Positions 10,530 through 20,858 of a stretch of DNA of 64,000 nt are shown here, in pieces. Location of the stretch: positions 141,581 to 205,580 of the forward strand of contig CAWFCK010000002.1 of NCBI GenBank assembly GCA_963814325.1, written 5' to 3'. The translations under genes were made by a program, and so were the position numbers. The first letter of the stretch is position 1. Every line of letters begins with the position of its first letter. Origin of the DNA: an uncultured Flavobacteriales bacterium. Its GTDB lineage: Bacteria > Bacteroidota > Bacteroidia > Flavobacteriales_F > PHOS-HE28. The notes under the pieces are model-generated. The model ran no database searches. It saw nothing but the letters and a program-made list of their open reading frames with translations, and was not told the DNA's origin.

Positions 10530-13160
10530 CAGTTGAACGTACCGTTGCTGCCGCGCAGGATGTGCACGTAGCCGTTGAGCTGTTTCACCTCCACGCCCGA
10601 CAAGCGGATCAGGTTCACGGTGCAGGTGTAGAAGTACACGCCGTCCGGAACAGGCTCGCTGCTATCCTTCAACGTGCCGGGCCACAGGATCGCCGGGTCC
10701 GTGCTTTTGAACACCAGCTGACCCCACCGATTGAACACCTGCAGATCGATCTCCTTTACGCCGCGATAGGGGAAGGGGATGAAGCGGTCGTTCTGCTGGT
10801 CATTGTTCGGGGTGAACACGTTGGGCAGTGTGTAGATGGGGCAGTTGTCGCCGCATTCGATATTGCTCAGCGCGCTCTCGTTGCCCACGCTGTCGATCGC
10901 GCTCACCGCGTAGCAACCGGCCACGCTGAGTCCATCGGTGTGCAGGAATTCCGTGACCTCCGCACCGGTGAGCGTGGCGATCAGCTGCAACGGCACGCCG
11001 AGCGAGTCGCTGAACCAGATGTGGTACTGCCAGGTGTCGCTCGCGCAGCTTTCGTTGGGGTTGTTCCACGTCAGGGTGTTCAGCGGCGTTTCGCAGTCGT
11101 TGTCGAGCGCCAGCGTGGGTGGGCAGGGCGGCGTGAGGTCCACGGGCGATGCGCAGACCTCCTGGCTCCAGTTGATCAGCGGCGATACGATACTGGGGTC
11201 GTTGTAAGCGCCGATGCTCTTCGCCTTGTAGCAGTATTCCTGGCCGTTCACCAGTGCCGTGTCCACATACACATCCGTGGTGGTGGTGCCGATGAACGCC
11301 CACACATCCGGTGCCGTTTCGCGGTATACCTCATACAGGGTATTGATCCACGGGGTGCTGTGGGTCATGTTCAGCGTGATCTGCTCGTCGTTCGGCTCGG
11401 GCACCAGGAATACGGAGGAGGCGCTGTTGCCCGACCCGATCAACGTGTCGCCACCTGCTCCGAACAGTTCCACACGGTACACGTGCGCTGTGTTGCGCGT
11501 ATCGATGTTGACGTGCTCGAAGGCCGTGTCGGGGTGTTGGAGGAAGGCGGAAAGGCCCGTGGTGTGGATCAACGTGTTGGCCGTGGAATAGCCATCACCG
11601 GCGTAGAGCTTGAAGAGGTAGGGGCCGGGCCATTGGACCGTGTCGAGGTCGAATGCATTGCTCCAGACCACACTGTCCACGCCGGTGCTGGCGTCCGTGC
11701 TCACCACGGAGACATTGGTCATGATCGGCACATCGCGCTCGAGGAAGTTGCAGAACTCCACGCTGGCATAGCTCTGTGCGCTGTCGGCGAAGCAGGCCAC
11801 CACCATGTAACAGTAGGTGATGCCGAAGGAGAGGCCAAGGTCGTTGTACGTGGTGCTGTTCAGGCCGCTGGTCTGGCCGATGAAGGCATAACCTGTGTAG
11901 CCCGGCACACCGGTCTCGCAGGCAGCGGGGTCGAAGTTGTAGAGGCCCTGGCGGCGGAAGATCTTATAGCCGATGGCATTGCTGCAGATGGAAGGATCCC
12001 ACGCCAGCTGCATGATGCTGCCGTTGGGTGTGGCGCTCGGGTTCTCCGGCGCCGGCGCCACCACGGTGATGAACATGCTCTCGTAGTCCTGCAGCTGCGG
12101 GTTGTAGTTGTCCGAGGCGCGGAAGTTCACCTGGTAGGGCTGCTGGCGCACATGGCTGCAGTTCGTGTTCCACGTGAAGGTGCCGAATACGTTGTTGGTT
12201 TGCGGGCTGCTGGTGAAGGTGGCGGGACTACTGTTCACTTCAAAAGGTCCGCCGAAGGCCGTCAGCGTCAGCGTCTGCCCAAAGTCCGGGTCGGAGGCCT
12301 GTACACCTTGGATGAGCGTGGTTCCCGCAAGCACACACGTGTCCAGCACCTCGGCCACCACGGGCGGTTCATCGTCGCAGGCGCCCACGATCACCTGCAT
12401 GTCACGCTCCACCCAACCGATCTGCACGCCGTTGCGGTATTCCTTTACGATGAAGGCGATGTTGTAGATGCCCTGCTCCTGCGGCGAGCACCAGCTGATG
12501 GTGCCGGTGACCGGATCGATCGAGTACTGGTTGTTCGGCCCGGGCTGCACCTCGTTCGGATACTCGTACCCGGGTATCGGGTCGCCCCAGCCATCACCGT
12601 CCAGGTCGAATCCGAGGCAGGGGAAGAGCGCGTAGGCCAGGCTATCCCCGTCGATGTCATACGCGCCGGGATTATGCTCCCAGCACACGCCGAGGCAGGC
12701 GTTCTGCAACGGCGGGTTCAGGAATTGCGGCAGGCAGTCGTTGCCATTGGGGATCACGATGATCTGCGACTGCACGCACATGGGCACGTTCACCGAGCCG
12801 GGGATGTTCACCACACCGGCCACCCGGTTCGGGTCGATGTATTGCAGGGTGTAGATGCCGGGGCCCCAATAGGCGTGTTGCGCGACGTAGACGTTTCGCT
12901 GCACCTGTATCCCGGCCACAGTCGATCACATCCGCGCTCTGGCGGGGAATGGTGTCGATGAAGCCATCGCCCCACTCCAGCACGAACTCGGGCCGGTCCG
13001 CGGGTGAAGCGGGATTGGTGTGGGTGATGATGGTGGCTTCGTAGGTGAGGCCGTTCACGTAGCACACCAGGATCTTCCCCGCTTGGTTGTGCGTTGCCCA
13101 GGACGGTCCCGCCGACAGGAACAGCAGGAAAAGCAGGATGGTGCGCAGGGGATGGGACAT
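10529..13160 (-). CDS. Large surface protein with T9SS type-B (gliding-motility-associated) C-terminal domain; frameshift near 12920
   Basis: C-terminus PNVFTPNNDQQNDRFIPFPYRG...VFNRWGQLVF is the type-B CTD signature. The signal peptide lies in the separate ORF 12672..13160 (MSHPLRTILLFLLFLSAGPSWA). The stop overlaps the ribE start (TGATG). Confidence 0.75.
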
Positions 13161-13382
13161 GCAAAAAAAGGACCTTCACGCCGCGTGCGGCGCATGTGCG
13201 AAGTTCGGCAATTCCAGCGGCCTTGTGACGGCCTTTGATGTCATTTGGGAGAAGAACGTCACTGGTCCGCCCATGTTCGACCAACCCTCACGCTACCCAT
13301 GGAGGGCTATCTTCGGCCTCCACCTCCGCGGCCCACCATGCGCTGCGGCCCGCCACTGCGCTAAATACCCGGCCCACCACCC

Positions 13383-14816
13383 ATGATCACCCTCAGCAAA
13401 AGCAAGAACATCGCCGCTGGCAAGGACCTCCTGGTCATCCTCACCGATCCGGCCCAACTGCGGGAGATCAGCCTGGAGCGGGGCGACCGGCAGTACTTGC
13501 TGGAACAGCTTTCGGGCGATGCCAGCGTGGCCACCTGCGACATCAGCGGCCGTTTGGTGATGGTGCATCGGGTGCGCGAAGGCGGCGCCAGTGCGCGGCT
13601 GGAGAAGGCGCGCCGCGCAGGCAACGAAATGGTGCTCAAGCTGATCGCCGCGAAGCGTGAGGAAGCCCAGGTGGTGAGCCTGGTGAACAGCGATGCGCTG
13701 GCGCTGGCGCTGGCCGAAGGTGCCGCACTGGGCGCTTACGAGTTCCGCAAATACAAGACCTCGGGCAAGGGCTCGAGCTTCCGCAAGCTCAGCGTGCTGG
13801 CGCCGGAGGTCAGTGCCAAGGCGCTGGACGAACTGGCCGATGTATGCGATGCGGTGTGGACGGCCCGCGACCTGGTGAACGAGCCCTACAGCTTCCTGAA
13901 CGCCACACAGCTCAGTGCGGAGATCAAGACCCTGAGCCGCAACGCCGGCTTCAAGGTGCAGGTGTTCGACAAAGCGCAGATCGAAGCATTGGGCATGGGC
14001 GGCCTGCTGGCGGTGAACAAGGGCAGCGTCGATCCGCCCACCTTCACCATCCTGGAGTGGAAGCCGAAGAACGCCGTGAACAAGAAGCCCATCCTGCTGG
14101 TGGGCAAGGGCGTGGTGTACGACACCGGCGGCCTCAGCCTGAAGCCCACGCCCAACAGCATGGATTCCATGAAGTGCGACATGGCGGGTAGCGCTGCGGT
14201 GGCCTGCGCCATCACCGCCGTGGCGAAGCAGGAACTCCCGGTGTACGTGGTGGGCCTGATCCCCGCCACCGACAACAGGCCCGGTGGCAATGCCTACGCC
14301 CCCGGCGATGTGATCCGCATGCACAGCGGCCTCACCGTGGAGAACCTCAACAGCGATGCCGAAGGGCGCATCATCCTCGCCGATGCCCTGAGCTATGGCG
14401 AACGCTTCGATCCGGAGCTGGTCTTCACCATCGCCACGCTCACAGGCGCGGCCATGCGGGCCATCGGCACCTACGGCACCGTGACCATGGGCACCGCGGA
14501 CGAGGCCCAGTTCGCGCGACTGAACGAGGTGGGTGAAGCGGTATACGAGCGCGTGGCCCGGATGCCCTTCTGGGAGGAGTACGACGAGGAGATCAAGAGC
14601 GACATCGCCGACATCAAGAACCTCGGTAGCGACCTGGGTGGTGCGATCACCGCAGGCAAGTTCCTGGCGCGCTTCACCACCAAACCCTTCATCCACCTCG
14701 ATATCGCCGGTCCGTCCTTCCTCACGAAGCGCGACCATTATCGCATGAAAGGCGGCACCGGTGTCGGCGTCCGCCTCTTCTACGAATTCATCAAACGCCG
14801 CGCATCCGCACGGTGA
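13383..14816 (+). CDS. pepA: Leucyl aminopeptidase (M17)
   Basis: VGKGVVYDTGGLSLKP and NSDAEGRIILADAL motifs. 477-aa intact ORF. Confidence 0.9.
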   Translation: MITLSKSKNIAAGKDLLVILTDPAQLREISLERGDRQYLLEQLSGDASVATCDISGRLVMVHRVREGGASARLEKARRAGNEMVLKLIAAKREEAQVVSLVNSDALALALAEGAALGAYEFRKYKTSGKGSSFRKLSVLAPEVSAKALDELADVCDAVWTARDLVNEPYSFLNATQLSAEIKTLSRNAGFKVQVFDKAQIEALGMGGLLAVNKGSVDPPTFTILEWKPKNAVNKKPILLVGKGVVYDTGGLSLKPTPNSMDSMKCDMAGSAAVACAITAVAKQELPVYVVGLIPATDNRPGGNAYAPGDVIRMHSGLTVENLNSDAEGRIILADALSYGERFDPELVFTIATLTGAAMRAIGTYGTVTMGTADEAQFARLNEVGEAVYERVARMPFWEEYDEEIKSDIADIKNLGSDLGGAITAGKFLARFTTKPFIHLDIAGPSFLTKRDHYRMKGGTGVGVRLFYEFIKRRASAR

Positions 14817-14865
14817 ACAACAACTAAGCAGAACGGCCGATGACCACGGGAACACCAACGCAGTT

Positions 14866-14895
14866 CATCCGTGTCCATCCGTGTCCATCCGTGGT
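14866..14895. repeat. Tandem 10-bp repeat (CATCCGTGTC, ~2.9 copies) just upstream of the pdxA start
   Basis: catccgtgtc catccgtgtc catccgtggt read directly. It ends 7 nt before ATG 14902. Confidence 0.7.
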
Positions 14896-14901
14896 TCCAT
14901 C

Positions 14902-15966
14902 ATGAGCGAAAGCAAGACAATGAAAGTGGGCATCAGCTGTGGTGACCTGAACGGCATCGGCCTCGAAGTGGTGCTGAAGACCTTCGAGGACACGCGCATG
15001 ATGCAGGACATCACGCCCGTGCTGTACTGCAGTGCAAAAGCCGTGAGCCATCATCGCAAGGCCCTGGGCCTGGAGGAAGTGCAGTTCCACGGTGTGTCCA
15101 GCGTGAACGATGCCGTGCCCCGCAAGTTGAACGTGGTGAACCTGTGGGAGGAGGAGGTGCCCATTGAACTGGGTCAGCCCAGCGGACAGCAGAGCAAGTA
15201 CGCGATCCACAGCCTCGAGGCGGCGGCGCAGGACCTGGGGCAGGGGAAGATCGACATGCTGGTGACCGCACCCATCGACAAGCACAGCATGCAGGCCGCA
15301 GGCTTCGAATTCCCGGGGCACACGGAATACCTCGCGCACCTCGCAGGAAGCGATTCGCCTGTCCTCATGATCCTCGTGGGCGACGGTCTGCGCGTGGCAC
15401 TGGTCACCGGACATCTGCCGATCAGCCAGGTGGCCGAGGCCATCACGGTGGAACGCATCATGGTGAAGGCGCGCCTCTTCAACAAGTCGTTGCAGAGCGA
15501 CTTCGGCGTGAACACCCCGCGCATCGCCGTGCTCGGCCTCAATCCGCATGCGGGTGATGGCGGTGCGATCGGCAGCGAGGACAAGGACCGGATCGTTCCG
15601 GCCGTGCGCAAGCTGCAGGAAGAAGGCATCAACGCCATGGGACCATACCCGGCCGATGGCTTCTTCGGCAACGGCAGCTACAAGCATTTCGACGGTGTGC
15701 TGGCCATGTACCACGATCAGGGACTCGCCCCGTTCAAGGCCTTGAGCTTCGGGCACGGGGTGAACTACACGGCCGGGCTTCCGATCGTGCGTACATCACC
15801 GGACCACGGTACCGGCATGGACATCGCGGGGAAGAACATGGCGGATGAAGGAAGTTTCCGCAGCGCCGTATGGCTGGGTCTGGACATCATCCAGAACCGC
15901 GAGCGGTGGAAGAAGATGAGCGTAAACCCGCTTCAGCCGCAGAAGAAGGAGCGGGGCGGGGAGTAG
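14902..15966 (+). CDS. pdxA: 4-hydroxythreonine-4-phosphate dehydrogenase
   Basis: FPGHTEYLA and SPDHGTGMDIAGKN motifs. Homology starts at MSESKTMKVGIS (ATG 14902) within ORF 14761..15966. Confidence 0.9.
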   Translation: MSESKTMKVGISCGDLNGIGLEVVLKTFEDTRMMQDITPVLYCSAKAVSHHRKALGLEEVQFHGVSSVNDAVPRKLNVVNLWEEEVPIELGQPSGQQSKYAIHSLEAAAQDLGQGKIDMLVTAPIDKHSMQAAGFEFPGHTEYLAHLAGSDSPVLMILVGDGLRVALVTGHLPISQVAEAITVERIMVKARLFNKSLQSDFGVNTPRIAVLGLNPHAGDGGAIGSEDKDRIVPAVRKLQEEGINAMGPYPADGFFGNGSYKHFDGVLAMYHDQGLAPFKALSFGHGVNYTAGLPIVRTSPDHGTGMDIAGKNMADEGSFRSAVWLGLDIIQNRERWKKMSVNPLQPQKKERGGE

Positions 15967-17554
15967 GGGCGCTGGTTCTATTTCGGTCACCTCGAAGCGG
16001 TAGAGCGTGAGGTTGTCGACCATCGCCAATGTGGACAGTAGCAATCGCTTCGTTGCAAGCACAAGCTGGATCTGACCGCCGGGTGTTCTGGTCAGCGCTT
16101 GCTGATATGCCTGATCATTGACCAACAGCAGTAGCCCATCGAAGCCGGAAATGTGGCTCAAGTAATCGTCCATGCGTGTCAGCCCTGGATGGGCATCAGC
16201 ACCATAGGGAAGGAAGACGATGGAACTCGGACGGACCTTGGACCGGAATGCCACATTGTAAGTATCCTGCCAGCCGAAATAATCCAGAACGAGCAAGCGT
16301 CGTTGGGCGTAGTGCATGTTCACCTCAAAAAGTATGCGATCAGGCAGAGCCGTGGCCAGCTTAGGAACGGGAGCAAGTTCCTGAAGTGTGTGCTCGCGGA
16401 TATGCGCATAAGCGGCCTCGGTCGCCGAACCCGGAATGGTCCACACAGACCACCATGGACCGGCGAATACGACATGCGCCAGGAAACTGGCGGCGCAGAT
16501 CGTGAAGGCCAACACGGATGTCGCAAGGCGTGACCTCACAATTGCGAACCCCGCGATGAGGAACGGGATGGACAACAGGACGAGGGTCATGGTGAATCGA
16601 TGCTGCAGCAACAATTCAGCATGGCGGGCCTTCTGTATCATGATGCACAGGAAGGCGGGGAGGAGCGTGAACCACATCCAATGAAGGCCGCCTCCCGTTC
16701 TTCTGATGAACGAGGCCGCAACTCCCGCCAAACCCAGGATCACAGCGAAGGGGGAAACCGCGAACAGCAAAGAGACGGGAAAGAAGAGGGTGCGCAGCCT
16801 GAGCTCATTTTCCGGAACATGAACGCTCGGCGCTGCCATGCTCCAATGGACCACTTGTTCCATTCCAGCGAACAGGTTGCCATGCTGCAGCTGACCAGTG
16901 ATCATCCAGGCCACCGGGAACAACAACGCGGGAACCGTGAACAACAAGGAGCGGGTCCAGGACTTTGCAGCCACCAGGAAGACGGACAAGAGAACGACCA
17001 ACCCCCATGCCTCGTAGCGCATTCCGCACGCCACGGTGATAAACGCACCACCAAGGAAGGCATGGCGTGCACCGGACCGAGCGGGGTCCTGGATCGCGAT
17101 GGACACGGAGTTGAAGGCCCAAGCGGTGAAGAAGAGGAATGGGATCTCCGAAAGTCCTTGAAAACTGTTGCGGAAGACCAAGGTGTTGAACACCACCACC
17201 ATGGTGACCGCGTTAGCAGCAATCGCTGTGGAAAAGCGGCGAGCGATACTGTGTACCGGAAAAGCGAGCGCGCTACCGAGAAGGATGTTCACCAGCACCG
17301 ATCCCACCTGCCGACTTCCGCAGACCAGTGTCGATAGGCCGCTGAGGTACATGTGTAAAGGAGGCCAAACGCCGTCCCCCGCCCAACCCGGATACTCCAA
17401 ATAGGTTTCCCCGATCAAGGCGCGCGTAACGGCGTCGGCATCCACGACGTCGGAGAATGGCCAGACCAACAGTCGCGCGATAAGCGCCAGGGCGAACAGG
17501 AAGTATGGGTCATACGCAACCTTCCAACGGTCCGGAATCGATCAATGCTCGCAT
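15796..17554 (-). CDS. Multi-pass membrane GT-C-fold glycosyltransferase (ArnT/PMT-like); probable frameshift near the start; 3' end overlaps pdxA by 170 bp
   Basis: 557-aa ORF with about 11 hydrophobic segments, a GT-C-like N-terminal loop (WPPLHMYL...) and a soluble C-terminal domain. The in-frame upstream sequence IPDRWKVAYDPYFLFALALIARLL has no start codon. ATG 17554 lies one frame off, 10 bp below the upstream gene's stop. Confidence 0.55.
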
Positions 17555-17563
17555 AGGGCCTGG

Positions 17564-19078
17564 TCAAGCCATCAACCCGTATTCGATCTCCGGCAGGTTG
17601 CACACCTTGCAGAGCTCGCATTTCGTGGTGCTGATCCAATGGTCGCGTTCGTTGTATGGATAGCGGTTCACATATGGTCGCAGAACGATCTTCTGCTTGA
17701 GGTGCAGGGCGGCGATCGTGGGATTCGTAAGGAAGTACCGGGCTGCGCGCAAAGGCTGTTTCAGCAGATCCTCACGCATGATCGGGTAACGCGTGATCAA
17801 CCGAACGCACACGATGTCGAGGTTCTTCTCGAGCGCATCCTCATCGAACATTTCGACCACGAGCGCATACCCGGCCGTGAGCGCATCACCACCCCAGACA
17901 CGTGACAAGGCGTGCTCGAGCATCCGTGCGCTGGTGGTGATGACAACGCGGCTCTTTGCGGAGGTTGCGGAGGCGGTTGTGATGGTGAAGGTGCCGGCTG
18001 TGCGTGCGATGTTCCAAGCCAGATCCGCAACGTCCGTGAATCGGATGGTGAAGCATGCGTCATCAAGCACCGCTGGATCATAGAGCTTCGAGTTATGCTG
18101 CATCCACTGTTCGCACGCGGCCATCAAGGCAGGTAGGCGTGCGGCATGGAAGGGCTTCATCGTGTTCGCTTCGCGGATCTCGTCGGGATAGGTCTCATCA
18201 AGCAGGTGGTACATCGATCCGTGCTGCAGTTGCGCGTGGTAGGGTGAAGAAGCGCGATAAGTGAGGTCCTCGAAGCGGTCTCCCGGCCAGATGGGGATGT
18301 ATTGCGTTATTCCGAGCGGCCCGAAATGCTCCTCGTGGTACGCTGGCAGTTTGCGTCGATCGAACTTCACTTCATTGACCCATCGGTTGTGATCCTCCAA
18401 CAGAGCGAAGCCAGGGGCAAAGGGCACCACGAGGTCCGGCTTCAGGAAGTCGACATACCGGCACAAGTGATGGGCGAAATAGTGCTCGCAGATCCGTCCC
18501 ACCTCTCTGTCGTCCTTACCCGGATAACGCACCTGATTGGGGAAATAACCTGCCCCGCTGAATCCGGTGATGAGCATATCGATGTGCGGACAGCGCTTTT
18601 TCAGCTCGCGCAGGAACATCATCACCACGTTCTCGTGATTACTGTTCAACGCATCGTTGATGTTGACGATCACCAGGCCGCCGCTCTCGATGATCACGAT
18701 GCTTTCGAGCGAATAGGCGAGGTACGTGATGCGCGTGTCCGGTCCGAGCACATGCGTGCGCAGGGTCACTGCTTCTTCGACCTCCGCAAATCCGAGGTGC
18801 TTCATGTACCCCTCGATGCCAGCACGCCATTGGTAGGGGAACCACACCTTCGCCGACTTGTCAAGCAGGTCGAGTGAGGCCCGGTGCATGTGGTCCTCAT
18901 GGCCATGGGTGAGCAGGATATGGCGTGCCTGTAACACTGTCTCCACGCCAACTGGTTTCGGGTAGATGAACCATTGCCCCTTGAATGCGGGTCCTTGGAT
19001 CCAGGGGTCGAACAAAAGCGTGGTGTCCGGTGTGGTCACCAGAATGCAACTATGGCATATGTAGTCGATGGAGACCAT
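17564..19078 (-). CDS. MBL-fold metallo-hydrolase/oxidoreductase with long C-terminal extension (CMP-Neu5Ac-hydroxylase-like architecture without the Rieske domain)
   Basis: THGHEDH (HxHxDH) motif. DPWIQGPAFKGQW resembles the DPWLxGPAFxxGWW block I recall from CMAH. The ~270-aa C-terminal region ends with CELCKVC. Intact 504-aa ORF. Confidence 0.65.
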   Translation of the reverse strand: MVSIDYICHSCILVTTPDTTLLFDPWIQGPAFKGQWFIYPKPVGVETVLQARHILLTHGHEDHMHRASLDLLDKSAKVWFPYQWRAGIEGYMKHLGFAEVEEAVTLRTHVLGPDTRITYLAYSLESIVIIESGGLVIVNINDALNSNHENVVMMFLRELKKRCPHIDMLITGFSGAGYFPNQVRYPGKDDREVGRICEHYFAHHLCRYVDFLKPDLVVPFAPGFALLEDHNRWVNEVKFDRRKLPAYHEEHFGPLGITQYIPIWPGDRFEDLTYRASSPYHAQLQHGSMYHLLDETYPDEIREANTMKPFHAARLPALMAACEQWMQHNSKLYDPAVLDDACFTIRFTDVADLAWNIARTAGTFTITTASATSAKSRVVITTSARMLEHALSRVWGGDALTAGYALVVEMFDEDALEKNLDIVCVRLITRYPIMREDLLKQPLRAARYFLTNPTIAALHLKQKIVLRPYVNRYPYNERDHWISTTKCELCKVCNLPEIEYGLMA

Positions 19079-19139
19079 GCTGCCGCAACGTACGATCCCA
19101 GTGGATCATTGTGTCAACGTTCTCATGCCCGGCACCGGG

Positions 19140-19457
19140 TCAACGCTCGGCTGTCCCGGTCGTGGCATGACCAATTGGCGCAGCCACTTCCTCCACGAAC
19201 GAGCGGAGGGCCACTTCCATGCGCGCCACATGCTCGCGCTTCAGGCGGTTCTCGCGTTCCAGGTCGAGCAGGACCTTCTGATATTCCCGTTCGCTTACGG
19301 CGAACACGTGTTCCGCCATGCGCCGGTCCTGGTCCATGGCCTTGAAGGCCGCGTTCAAGGCGGCAAGGAAGGGTTGCATCTCGGGCGCCCCGGCCAGGTC
19401 CTTCGGCAGGTGCCGATCGATGAGCCGCTCGAGCCGTTTATGTCGTTCGTTGTTCAT
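19140..19457 (-). CDS. Small helical protein resembling the N-terminal signalling helix of sensor kinases; no output domain
   Basis: KRLERLIDRHLPKDLAG..FLAALNAAFKAMDQDRRMAEHVF.VSEREYQKVLLDLEREN matches the linker I recall preceding PAS/HisKA modules. The start overlaps the FIST gene stop (TGATG). Confidence 0.4.
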   Translation of the reverse strand: MNNERHKRLERLIDRHLPKDLAGAPEMQPFLAALNAAFKAMDQDRRMAEHVFAVSEREYQKVLLDLERENRLKREHVARMEVALRSFVEEVAAPIGHATTGTAER

Positions 19458-20602
19458 CACACTTCACTCAACGTGGTGATCGTCATGGTCTGGTTATGCA
19501 ATTCGCAGCCTGCGCCGGGCGTGAAGGGCGAGATCTCGCCGTACGAATAGAAACCCGTGACGCACGTCTCTGGGCCGAAGATGTTCTGCGCGGCCTCCAC
19601 CTCCTCCTCCACGCGGTCCTGCAGGATCAGCTTGCGGCCCACGCAAGAGATCAGCAGGGCCACTTCCGGTTGTTGGGGGAGCACGTCCATGAAACAGTCG
19701 TTCGCTGCGGTGGCGGCTGCATCGATGAGCTTGTCGAAGTTGGCCTTCATCAAGCGCACATGCGCCCCCACGGGCATGTCACCGGCGAAGGTCATGGTAT
19801 CGTTCTCCTCATCCACCGCAAGGATCGTACGCACAAGCTTGCGCTCGGATCCGTTCAGCCGGATGGACAGCGGGAAGAGCAATGCGGAGCCCGGCAGCTG
19901 CTCACTGTACGCCCCGAGATACTCCTTGTACAAGCCCAGAGCGCTGCGGCCATCCACGGTGAACAGTACGTTGGAGGCGGAAGAGGTCACCACGCGCTCA
20001 GGACCGAACTCGTCCCATCCGCCGAAGGAGCCGTGGCCCACGAGCACATCCTTGCCATAGAGGCCCACCGCCACCACCTTGCCCTCGCCGATGCGTTCAT
20101 TGAGGCCGGTGAAGGTGTGCTCGAAGCGTGCGGCATCACCTGCCAGACCTCCAGTGATCGGGATACGCCGACGGTTCGCGTGGTTCAGGCCGATCGTGAG
20201 TTGTGAACCGTTGATCTGGCTGCCATCCGAGAACACGAGCACGGCTGTCAGGTCCTGGTCCGGCAGCATGGCCATCAGCGCTTCACCGCAACTGCGGCTA
20301 TCGGCATGATCGCGGATGTGTGTGATCACCGTACGCACGGTGGTGTGTTCGAATTCCAGGCCCGTCACCGTGATGGTGTCGTCCACAACATGTTTGCCAA
20401 TGATCTCCCCGGCCGTGCTTGCGAACACAAGGTCGGCGTTGGGTAATCGGGCGCGGAGATCAGCGTAAAGGCCATGTCGCGAGATGCCTTCGCGGGAGCC
20501 GAATACCATGGCCAATTGGCACTTCGCAGGGTCGGCCTTCGCAACGGTCGGAAGGGTTTCCCACTTCCCGTTGCGTTCGATCAATTGCAGGGTCTTGATC
20601 AT
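19457..20602 (-). CDS. FIST_N/FIST_C sensor-domain protein
   Basis: Homology begins at MIKTLQLIERNG (ATG 20602) inside ORF 19457..20857. Typical FIST features: LVFASTAGEI, ITGGLAGD, LISCVGR, FYSYGEISP. Confidence 0.8.
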   Translation of the reverse strand: MIKTLQLIERNGKWETLPTVAKADPAKCQLAMVFGSREGISRHGLYADLRARLPNADLVFASTAGEIIGKHVVDDTITVTGLEFEHTTVRTVITHIRDHADSRSCGEALMAMLPDQDLTAVLVFSDGSQINGSQLTIGLNHANRRRIPITGGLAGDAARFEHTFTGLNERIGEGKVVAVGLYGKDVLVGHGSFGGWDEFGPERVVTSSASNVLFTVDGRSALGLYKEYLGAYSEQLPGSALLFPLSIRLNGSERKLVRTILAVDEENDTMTFAGDMPVGAHVRLMKANFDKLIDAAATAANDCFMDVLPQQPEVALLISCVGRKLILQDRVEEEVEAAQNIFGPETCVTGFYSYGEISPFTPGAGCELHNQTMTITTLSEV

Positions 20603-20858
20603 GGCCTGAGGCCGGCTGCATGAAAGCAACCTTCCGTATGAAAGATAGGAATTCTCCGGATGCCGCTGAAACCGTTCTACGGACCACGCTCCGCCACCTG
20701 GAAGGGGAAGGAGCACTACGACCCTGGCCCTGACGGCTTCCGTTGTGCTATAGGGCCGTTCCAAACCCCCTCCCAATGCATTCGGACAAAGGCGGTTACG
20801 GCTCGGCCGGCTCTGGGTCACTGCGCCCCTACCTGCGGTTCGCAGGTCTGCGGCCAAC

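Noticed and set aside
10562-12961. 799-aa ORF on the plus strand
   Set aside because: It is exactly antisense to the T9SS type-B adhesin gene. The sequence is Arg/Ala/Gly/His-rich with no motifs. Long stop-free antisense frames are expected in GC-rich coding DNA.
13293-14858. 521-aa ORF on the minus strand
   Set aside because: Antisense shadow of pepA, which has clear M17 motifs. The composition is low-complexity Ala/Gly/His/Arg.
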